A stretch of 64,000 bases of DNA from Sedimentisphaerales bacterium (lineage in GTDB: Bacteria > Planctomycetota > Phycisphaerae > Sedimentisphaerales > Anaerobacaceae): contig JBEKAT010000001.1 of assembly GCA_050015775.1 (NCBI GenBank), forward strand, positions 1,238 through 65,237, read 5' to 3'. The notes under the pieces were generated by a model. The model was not told the DNA's origin. It did not search any database and was given only the letters and a program-made list of their open reading frames with translations. Positions 19,090-26,547 of the stretch are shown here, one piece after another (position 1 is the stretch's first letter; each line of letters starts with the position of its first letter). The position numbers and the translations under genes were made by a program.

Positions 19090-22000
19090 ATGATGAAGAG
19101 ATTAGTAGTTATCGTGGTCGTGGCATTGATGGCTGTGCCGTCATTCGGGCAGTTGGCAGGGTACTGGAATTTCGATGAAGGCGCCGGCACAACTGTAGCC
19201 GACTCATCAGGTAAAGGTAATCCCGGAGTGCTGCAAGCCAACGGCAGCGGCAATTTACCTGTGTGGATAACAGGCCATGACGGAACCGGAAGCGCCTTAC
19301 GATTTAACTACAACACTACCGATAGTTCAAATTCCAATAGAGTATTTGTGGATATTAACACTGCTGACGCAGTTGCCCATCTTGGCGGGGCGTTTACTAT
19401 TTCCATGTGGGTCAGAAGCGATATGGTTCAGGACTGGGTTTTACGAGTGCCAACCGGTAATTGGCGGTGGCTCATTTATACTAATGCCTACGATATTGAA
19501 CTTGCATTAGACCCAAATGCTTCCAGCCCCCTAGTAAACCATTATGACTATTTCAATTCCGATGCAAATTCTGCCTGGTCATATATGCCATTTCCGGCTG
19601 ACTGGGAAGATTGGGGACAGAACTATACAGGGCTCTGGTATCATCTGGCTATAACGTATGACGGCAATTACCTTAAAAAATATGTCAACGGTTATCTTGT
19701 TTACGCTATGGCGGCCCCGACAAGTCCGCTGCCCACCGCGACTACAGGCCTGTATTTTGCCGCCTTGGATGACTTCAGCGGATATTTTTCGGGGGACCTT
19801 GATGATGTTGCTATCTGGGCCGGTACATATCTGCCCAATACGGAGATTACCAAGCTGGTCAACGGCACGGCAACTCCTCTTACCGTTGCGGACCATAATC
19901 AAGAGCCGCCGCTGCCGCCCGTGAATTACACGATGGAAAGTGACATGTCTTGGAACGTCTACCCTTACGGCGATGAGACTTTTTACAACCGTGGCTTCAA
20001 TCTGGATATCTACATGTCGTCTAATACTGCCAAAACTATATGGATGGCTTCGGCATGGTGGTGGAGCGACTCTGCACTTACGCCAGGCACCAGAACGGCT
20101 GTGTGGGATTGGGCCGGTAAGTGGTTTCCGATGACTCTCAACGATGTCAATGAAACTACTGAAGCTCCCGGGGATGTGACAACGCATGGCATGGAGTGGA
20201 TAGACCCCTGCTGGAGCGGGGTTGACCCGACTATTGCCAAGTTCGCGGCATACGTTAAACCAGGCATTGCGATATGTCAGAATAATTGGGATTTCGTGCC
20301 TTATGATCCTTCTCCAACAAGAACTTATAGCTGGGACGATAAGCCATATTGGAAGACCTATGCAAGAGTGGCCGGCTATCATACGCAGGGCTGCTCATTC
20401 CGTGTAAGAGTTTATACCTATCCCACACCTAGTGGTTCAGAAATCGGAAACGATGTCTTTAACCCGTTGACAGAACCGAATGTGCTGACATTTATTGGCG
20501 AAGTGGATATACCCCTCAGCGGCATCGATTACCAGTGGCAGGAATTCAGATTCCTGCTTCCTAAGGCGCCTACTATCGGCGGCGAAACTGGCGGAAATTT
20601 GTGGAAGACGCGTCACTGGTTTGAAGCTTCCATTGTCGGCGGCGATGCCAATACAGTGCTTTACATTGATGAACTTAGTGCAGTTAGTGACCGGTATGCT
20701 CATTTCTATCCCGGAGATTTTGACCTTGACACCGTTGTTGGCTATAAAGACCTTGAGTTGTTGGCAGATGAATGGGTCGAGAGCAACAATCTTGACCCGA
20801 GAAGCGGCGGATTGCTTACCAATGGTGACTTCTCGGCTGACATCGCATCACTTGGCTCAGGCGACGATGCCAGAGTATATATGAACCCAACGGGCTGGAC
20901 ATACGCAGGAACGGTTGCAGGGAATTATGGTATTCAGCGTGTAAGCAAGCGGGGCGAAATGAACTTTTTCTGGACCTTCGCGTTGACATATCCTGTGGTA
21001 GCGACTCCTCTTGGCGGCGATGTTGCTGCTTATCTTACCAACACAGAGGCCAACGACCCCTGCAGTGTATTGTCTCAGACCGCTTCTGCTACTGCGGTTG
21101 CAGGTCAGACCTATTATGCTATGGGTTATGTTATGACCAACACATGGAATGGCTGGAAGGATATCGCCACTATGACTATCTCCATTGGTGGTGTAGATAA
21201 AGCCGTCTTTACTCGTGTATTATCAAGAAATAAATGGCGTCCGATTTACGGCACATATACGGCTGTCCCTGCCGATGCTGGTAAATCGATAACGATTAAA
21301 TTTTCCTATGCGGATCTGAATTTCGACCCGAACAATTTGGGAGACATGCTGGTAGGTTATGCTTACCTTGGTACAAGTATGCCGACTGAATGGCCGGAAG
21401 AGCGTCCGAACCTTCTGACTAATGGCGGATTTGAAGACCTGTCGGAGGTTAATGCGCTTTCGCCAACCCTATATCACTATCTTACCGTTGCGGACAATTA
21501 TGGCAACTGGTTTACCAGCAGCATCCATCCCACCACCCCCGGCTGGGTATATGAGGTTTCTTCCGGGTTCGATTTTAATAACCAGGGCGGTCTATGGGGA
21601 AGCGGGTATTATGGCTCGCCGCTGCCGACATCAGGGATGCATGATATAACGGTTTATGTTGATAATAATTTGATTCTTGGACAGGTTGTAGGCTCTCTGA
21701 CGGCCGGAACGACATATTATCTTGACGCGGCCTGCGGAATAATGACCACCTATTATGGTTCTTCAAATTGGCCAAAACCCGCTCCACGTCTCCATGTTGA
21801 GCTTTGGAGAATACCTGCCGGCATAACAGACGGGACGGTTATCTACAACGCGATTTCCGGCGGCAATTCGAACTATGTAAAGGTCGCCGAGGCAAATGTT
21901 GCGGCAACAGGAAATGTCCTTGGGCCTTCGGGCTACAATGCTTCCAAGTGGATGATTATCGGTACAACCTATACGGCGACATCTTCGGATACCAGTATGT

Positions 22001-22308
22001 ATGTAAGAATTCGCGGTTCAGGCGGAACATCAACTACTCCGGAATATGCATTCAGTGATGTTTACCTGTCAACCGAAAAACGAAAGGTTCCCGGCGGTTC
22101 GATTACTTATGACCTCTCATATGGTTTGCAGTATGACGTATTAGGTCCGTATGACACCTATCACGCCGGTGTTATGGGCTTTTATGCGGCTGACGCTGAC
22201 GGAAGCGGTCTTGTTAACTTCGAGGATTTTGCGATTATGGCTGACTACTGGCTTATGTCTTCGTTCACGGACTCTACAGGCGCTACTGGCCCTGACCAAG
22301 ACTGGTAA
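19090..22308 (+). CDS. large secreted LamG-domain protein with tandem beta-sandwich (CBM-like) domains and a dockerin-like C-terminus
   Basis: ATG 19090 follows GGAGGA and gives signal MMKRLVVIVVVALMAVPSFG. The LamG start reads LAGYWNFDEGAGTTVADSSGKGN. Two internal repeats begin LLTNGDFS and LLTNGGFE. The tail reads DADGSGLVNFEDFAIMADYWL. Confidence 0.7.
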   Translation: MMKRLVVIVVVALMAVPSFGQLAGYWNFDEGAGTTVADSSGKGNPGVLQANGSGNLPVWITGHDGTGSALRFNYNTTDSSNSNRVFVDINTADAVAHLGGAFTISMWVRSDMVQDWVLRVPTGNWRWLIYTNAYDIELALDPNASSPLVNHYDYFNSDANSAWSYMPFPADWEDWGQNYTGLWYHLAITYDGNYLKKYVNGYLVYAMAAPTSPLPTATTGLYFAALDDFSGYFSGDLDDVAIWAGTYLPNTEITKLVNGTATPLTVADHNQEPPLPPVNYTMESDMSWNVYPYGDETFYNRGFNLDIYMSSNTAKTIWMASAWWWSDSALTPGTRTAVWDWAGKWFPMTLNDVNETTEAPGDVTTHGMEWIDPCWSGVDPTIAKFAAYVKPGIAICQNNWDFVPYDPSPTRTYSWDDKPYWKTYARVAGYHTQGCSFRVRVYTYPTPSGSEIGNDVFNPLTEPNVLTFIGEVDIPLSGIDYQWQEFRFLLPKAPTIGGETGGNLWKTRHWFEASIVGGDANTVLYIDELSAVSDRYAHFYPGDFDLDTVVGYKDLELLADEWVESNNLDPRSGGLLTNGDFSADIASLGSGDDARVYMNPTGWTYAGTVAGNYGIQRVSKRGEMNFFWTFALTYPVVATPLGGDVAAYLTNTEANDPCSVLSQTASATAVAGQTYYAMGYVMTNTWNGWKDIATMTISIGGVDKAVFTRVLSRNKWRPIYGTYTAVPADAGKSITIKFSYADLNFDPNNLGDMLVGYAYLGTSMPTEWPEERPNLLTNGGFEDLSEVNALSPTLYHYLTVADNYGNWFTSSIHPTTPGWVYEVSSGFDFNNQGGLWGSGYYGSPLPTSGMHDITVYVDNNLILGQVVGSLTAGTTYYLDAACGIMTTYYGSSNWPKPAPRLHVELWRIPAGITDGTVIYNAISGGNSNYVKVAEANVAATGNVLGPSGYNASKWMIIGTTYTATSSDTSMYVRIRGSGGTSTTPEYAFSDVYLSTEKRKVPGGSITYDLSYGLQYDVLGPYDTYHAGVMGFYAADADGSGLVNFEDFAIMADYWLMSSFTDSTGATGPDQDW

Positions 22309-22325
22309 CTTAGTTATTGTTTTCG

Positions 22326-22361
22326 GACAACTGCGGCGGCTGTTAATCCGCCGCAGTTGTC
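22326..22361 (+). promoter_or_regulatory. perfect 14-bp stem hairpin between the two large LamG genes (intercistronic terminator or attenuator candidate)
   Basis: GACAACTGCGGCGG - CTGTTAAT - CCGCCGCAGTTGTC, read directly. There is no clear U-tract. It overlaps the track start codon at 22357. Confidence 0.5.
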
Positions 22362-22395
22362 TGTAAGTTCGTTGATAGGGTATGGAGGAGTGGGT

Positions 22396-25245
22396 TTGAA
22401 GAATGTGTTATATATTATCGTTGTCGTGCTTACGGCAAACTTTGCTTTGGCAAGTTATCCATCTCCTGTAGGTCTGTGGCAGTTCGACGACCCAAATCAT
22501 TTAACCAGGGCTGCCTTGGGACAGGATTTGGTTGAAGTAGGAACGCATAGCGCCGTGGCAGGCATTAATGCCGGTGACGGCGCGGTAGCAGACCCGCTTG
22601 GCAGTTATTATATCTGCAATCACGGCATATCGCCAAATGGCGACTATCCCCCGGGCGCGTATGTCGATTATGTCAACGACTGGACGGTAATGATGGATGT
22701 CAAGGTACCGGCTTCCAGCATTGGTCAATGGGTTGCATTATACCAGACAAATCCTGACAACAGTAACGACGCCGACTGCTTTATAGCTCCCGACAGAACG
22801 ATAGGGGACTCCGGCACAGGATACACCAGAAACAAAATCACCGGCGACACATGGTATCGAATTGTAATATCATGCAGTAACATGAATTTTTACAGAATTT
22901 ATGTAAACGGCTTACCGTGGAAAAATGGTACTGTCCAGCCGTTAGACGGAGAATTTGCGCTCGACCCTCAAATACTATTCTTTGCCGATGATAACGGCGA
23001 GGACAATCTCATATATTGCACCAACCTGGCCATATGGGGACAGGCCCTGGAGGATTCGCAGGTAGCAGAACTTGGTGATACGACAGCTCCCATTGTGGTA
23101 GATGTCACCGGCGCCGCCGGTTCTAATTTGCTGGCGAACCCTTCGGCCGAAAACGATATTGACAGCTGGATTATTGCGGATGGCAATGACTGGCAGGCGA
23201 CCGACAGAACTGACTGGCACTATCCACACACGGGCAACTACTATTTTACTGCTGGTCGCTCCGCTCATGCCGAAATCAACCAGGTGATAAATCTGGGGTA
23301 TATGGCAACTGCAATCGACAGCGGCTCGGTCATAGCAAACGTGAGGGGCTATCTCGGCGGCAACGATAGTGACCAGGGGCGTATAATTGTCGAATACCTT
23401 GATGCTGATGATGCAATACTGGCAACTACCGACAGCGGCTGGGTCGTCGGCCCCGATTCAGTCAACTGGACTCAATTGGTTCTGCCTGACGCTGACGGAT
23501 TTGTGATACCTTCGGGGACAAGGTCGGCAAAATACCGTCTTCTTGCGCAGCGCACAAACGGCACTGATTGCCATGCTTATTTTGATGACCTTGTATGGGA
23601 ATACAGAGTTGCAGCTCCGGGCAACAACGCTCCGGGCATCCCTTCAATAGCCGGTCCGAGTTCGGGTTCCATCGGTGTTGACGCGAATTTTACATTTTCC
23701 GCCGTTGACCCCAACGCAAATCAGGTAGATTACCAGATTGACTGGGGCGATGAGATTTCGGACTGGTCTGCTGTTCAAAGCTCAGGTTCAAATTACATTG
23801 TTCAACATAGCTGGCCGGTGCTTGGCACATACAGCGTGCGAGCAAGAGCCCGTGATACCAATGGCGCACTTAGCGCATGGTCGTCGCCTTTCAGCGTTAC
23901 AATTTCAGGCGACGCCGCAGGTGTGTTCAAATCACAGCCCTACCTGCAGAACGTAAGTCAGGATGCAATGACCATCGCCTGGGAAACCGACCGGATTGTC
24001 AACCCCACGGTTGACTGGGGCTTGACCGCCTCATACGGCAGCCAGACAAGAGGATTATGCATCTATATGGGCGCAGGGGCATATATTTGTAAGGTAAGAA
24101 TCAGCGGACTAAACCCGCAGACGACTTATCATTTCAGGGCAAATAACGGTTCGACCTTGGGCACCGATGCAACATTCACAACCGCTCCTTCTGGACAACC
24201 ACCTTTCCGCTTTGCAGTGTGGGGCGATAGTCAGCAGGTAGCTAAAAGATTAAATGGGGACCCTTCGCATCCGGAGTGCAGCACTGCGATGTTCACAGAT
24301 ATGGCCTCAACGGCTGATATCGCTGTTAGTGTAGGCGATCTTGTTGAAGATGCCTCCTATAGCTATTATGTTAGTGCGTTTAGGCCTTATGTCAGCAATA
24401 TTCTCGGCAAACAAAAACCGTTCTTTGCAGCATTTGGCAATCACGATGTGCCGGTACCCAGCCTTGTAGACATACACAAAGTCATACAGAACAGTGGTAT
24501 GCATAGTTTTTCATTCAACTACAGCAATGCTCACTTTACCTGCATTGATTATGACGATTGCATAAAAGGTACCTTTCCGTCCGATGGCTCGATAGATTCG
24601 TTGCCTCTTGGCTGGATACAGCAGGACCTTTCGTCTGATGATGCACAAAACGCAACGTGGAGATTTTTGTTTATTCATGTTCCGCCATATAGCGAGCGAT
24701 GGATTACCGGCAGCAGTATTATGCAGACATATCTTGTGCCGCTGCTGAATCAGTATAATGTTCAAATATGTTTTAGCGGGCATGTCCACGAGTATGAGCG
24801 AGGACTGCTCAACGGCACGTTCTATGTAATCACCGGCACCTGCAGTTATCTTGATATTCTTGAAGCTATTGTGACAGATTGGCCTTTTATGACCGTTGGC
24901 GGAGCGCAGAATATACCCGGCGTGTCCGATGGCGGCGGCGAAATTCACGGCTGGACTGAAGTTCAGATTAATGGCACAGAGCTTCATTTGATACAGCACG
25001 CATATAATCTTGATGGCAGTTCTTTCGGTGTAATAGATACCATAGATTTCGTTCAGGCCGACTTTAACTTAGATAAAACTGTAGATTTTGAGGATTTGGC
25101 CATACTTGCAGACGCCTGGCTGAGCACACCGCAGGATGCAGCGTGGAACCCTGCCTGCAATCTGGCTGATAAGGCACAGAAGATAATCGATTTCAAAGAT
25201 TTTGCTGTTTTTGCGCAATATTGGCGTTTTAACGGCCAGTTTTAA
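22396..25245 (+). CDS. secreted LamG + PKD-like + purple-acid-phosphatase-like metallophosphoesterase with a dockerin-like C-terminus
   Basis: Track ORF from 22357. I prefer TTG 22396, 6 nt after GGAGGA, which gives signal (M)KNVLYIIVVVLTANFALA. Metallophosphatase motifs are FAVWGDSQQ, GDLVED, FGNHD, FIHVPPY and SGHVHEYER. The PKD-like block reads YQIDWGDE ... GTYSVRARARD. The tail reads DFNLDKTVDFEDLAILADAWL ... IIDFKDFAVFAQYW. Confidence 0.75.
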   Translation: MKNVLYIIVVVLTANFALASYPSPVGLWQFDDPNHLTRAALGQDLVEVGTHSAVAGINAGDGAVADPLGSYYICNHGISPNGDYPPGAYVDYVNDWTVMMDVKVPASSIGQWVALYQTNPDNSNDADCFIAPDRTIGDSGTGYTRNKITGDTWYRIVISCSNMNFYRIYVNGLPWKNGTVQPLDGEFALDPQILFFADDNGEDNLIYCTNLAIWGQALEDSQVAELGDTTAPIVVDVTGAAGSNLLANPSAENDIDSWIIADGNDWQATDRTDWHYPHTGNYYFTAGRSAHAEINQVINLGYMATAIDSGSVIANVRGYLGGNDSDQGRIIVEYLDADDAILATTDSGWVVGPDSVNWTQLVLPDADGFVIPSGTRSAKYRLLAQRTNGTDCHAYFDDLVWEYRVAAPGNNAPGIPSIAGPSSGSIGVDANFTFSAVDPNANQVDYQIDWGDEISDWSAVQSSGSNYIVQHSWPVLGTYSVRARARDTNGALSAWSSPFSVTISGDAAGVFKSQPYLQNVSQDAMTIAWETDRIVNPTVDWGLTASYGSQTRGLCIYMGAGAYICKVRISGLNPQTTYHFRANNGSTLGTDATFTTAPSGQPPFRFAVWGDSQQVAKRLNGDPSHPECSTAMFTDMASTADIAVSVGDLVEDASYSYYVSAFRPYVSNILGKQKPFFAAFGNHDVPVPSLVDIHKVIQNSGMHSFSFNYSNAHFTCIDYDDCIKGTFPSDGSIDSLPLGWIQQDLSSDDAQNATWRFLFIHVPPYSERWITGSSIMQTYLVPLLNQYNVQICFSGHVHEYERGLLNGTFYVITGTCSYLDILEAIVTDWPFMTVGGAQNIPGVSDGGGEIHGWTEVQINGTELHLIQHAYNLDGSSFGVIDTIDFVQADFNLDKTVDFEDLAILADAWLSTPQDAAWNPACNLADKAQKIIDFKDFAVFAQYWRFNGQF

Positions 25246-25311
25246 CCGTGAAGATATATCCGAAAGTGGTTTTCGGGTTAGAGAGTATCTTCGCTAACAG
25301 ATGGTTACAGC

Positions 25312-25340
25312 TTGACTTACGACTTTTAGGGTGTTATAAT
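25312..25340 (+). promoter_or_regulatory. near-consensus sigma-70-type promoter TTGACT-17-TATAAT
   Basis: Read directly. It lies about 180 nt upstream of the PEP-CTERM LamG gene start. Confidence 0.5.
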
Positions 25341-25517
25341 GTGCTACGAAGGAGTGGGTATTGCATGTTGGCATTCCAGAGATGTGCGCCAGATGCTGTC
25401 AGAGTTTGGACGCGTATCGTACGGACGCAAATATCTCACAAGGTTAAATGGTTGAAAGTCAAAAAAAGTATTAACGAGAAGGGTAGTTTAAAGTATTAAC
25501 ATTTTTTGAAGGAGAGA

Positions 25518-26363
25518 ATGATGAAGAAGATTATTGTTTTAGCATTGGTGGTTCTTGTAGCGGCGGGTGTGTCTTCCGCCGCGGTAAATGTCCCTGGTGG
25601 TTTAACCGGCTTTTGGCAGTTCGCGACCGATGCCACTAAATTGAAGGCGACAGTAGGCACAGACCTTGTAAGCGTCGATGAGGCCAGTACCTGGTTTATG
25701 GGTCCCTGGACTACAATAGGGACGGTCGCACAGCCAGACCTTTATACCGACAGAGGTGTCGTTCAGGAGCAGAGTTGGGGTTACCTTCAGTGCAATCCCG
25801 GCTTAAGCCCTAACGGTGGCGGCAGCTATGTCAATCAGTACACAATCTCCATGGATTATCGTCAGACGAGCATCACCGGTGACCAGTATAACAGCCTGTA
25901 TCAGACGTCATGGGGTGGCCGTGACGATGATGGCGACTTGTTTATTTATAATGACACTACGGACATGACTCAATCCGAAATCGGCATTGGCGACGTCGGC
26001 TACTCAGGCGACAACGGGAAGTATTTTAATGCGGCTCAATGGAACAGAATTACGTTGTCCGTTGACAATGGCAACTTCTTCAGAGTTTATGTTAATGGTG
26101 CTCTGTTACTCGATGGCGCGGGTCAGGATATTGACGGCAGATTCTCTTTGTATCCGGACAGAGTCAATCTTTTCGCAGATGACTCTTGGGAAGATGCTTG
26201 GGGACTCGTCGGTAATGTGATGGTATGGGACCACGCTTTGACAGGCGATGAAATCGCTGCGATGGGCGACACTACCACTCCGCTGGTGTTAACTCCGGAA
26301 CCGGCAACAATGTCGCTTCTGGCCATTGGTGGTCTGGCTCTGCTCAGAAGGAACCGCAAGTAA
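25518..26363 (+). CDS. LamG-domain protein with a PEP-CTERM sorting signal
   Basis: ATG 25518/25521 follows GGAGAG and gives signal MMKKIIVLALVVLVAAGVSSA. The body is paralogous to the N-terminal LamG module of the 22396 gene. The C-terminus reads PEPATMSLLAIGGLALLRRNRK. Confidence 0.8.
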   Translation: MMKKIIVLALVVLVAAGVSSAAVNVPGGLTGFWQFATDATKLKATVGTDLVSVDEASTWFMGPWTTIGTVAQPDLYTDRGVVQEQSWGYLQCNPGLSPNGGGSYVNQYTISMDYRQTSITGDQYNSLYQTSWGGRDDDGDLFIYNDTTDMTQSEIGIGDVGYSGDNGKYFNAAQWNRITLSVDNGNFFRVYVNGALLLDGAGQDIDGRFSLYPDRVNLFADDSWEDAWGLVGNVMVWDHALTGDEIAAMGDTTTPLVLTPEPATMSLLAIGGLALLRRNRK

Positions 26364-26400
26364 GCACAAGAACTAAGTAGTTAAAAGCTTGAGCTTTTGA

Positions 26401-26435
26401 AACAGGAAAGGAGTTTTCTCCTTTCCTGTTTTTTT
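26401..26435. terminator. bidirectional Rho-independent terminator between convergent genes
   Basis: AACAGGAAAGGAG-TTTT-CTCCTTTCCTGTT (13-bp stem) followed by a T-run, with a T/A-rich flank on the other side. Confidence 0.8.
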
Positions 26436-26547
26436 GCATCTTCACCACTCGATTAACTCCGATGAAGAATACTATCTTCGTTTCCGATTAGGCGAGGTTT
26501 TTGAAACTGCCTGGTCGCTCTGCGGATTTGATACGTTCCTCAAAAAC

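Noticed and set aside
19579-20382. 267-aa ORF on the minus strand
   Set aside because: It is antisense within the LamG giant gene, and its product is Arg/Ile/Pro-rich and non-protein-like.
25248-25499. 83-aa ORF (GTG start) upstream of the PEP-CTERM gene
   Set aside because: It has no RBS and a basic, irregular sequence. It also contains the TTGACT-17-TATAAT promoter and the direct repeats, so I interpret the region as a non-coding leader. I cannot fully exclude a small protein.
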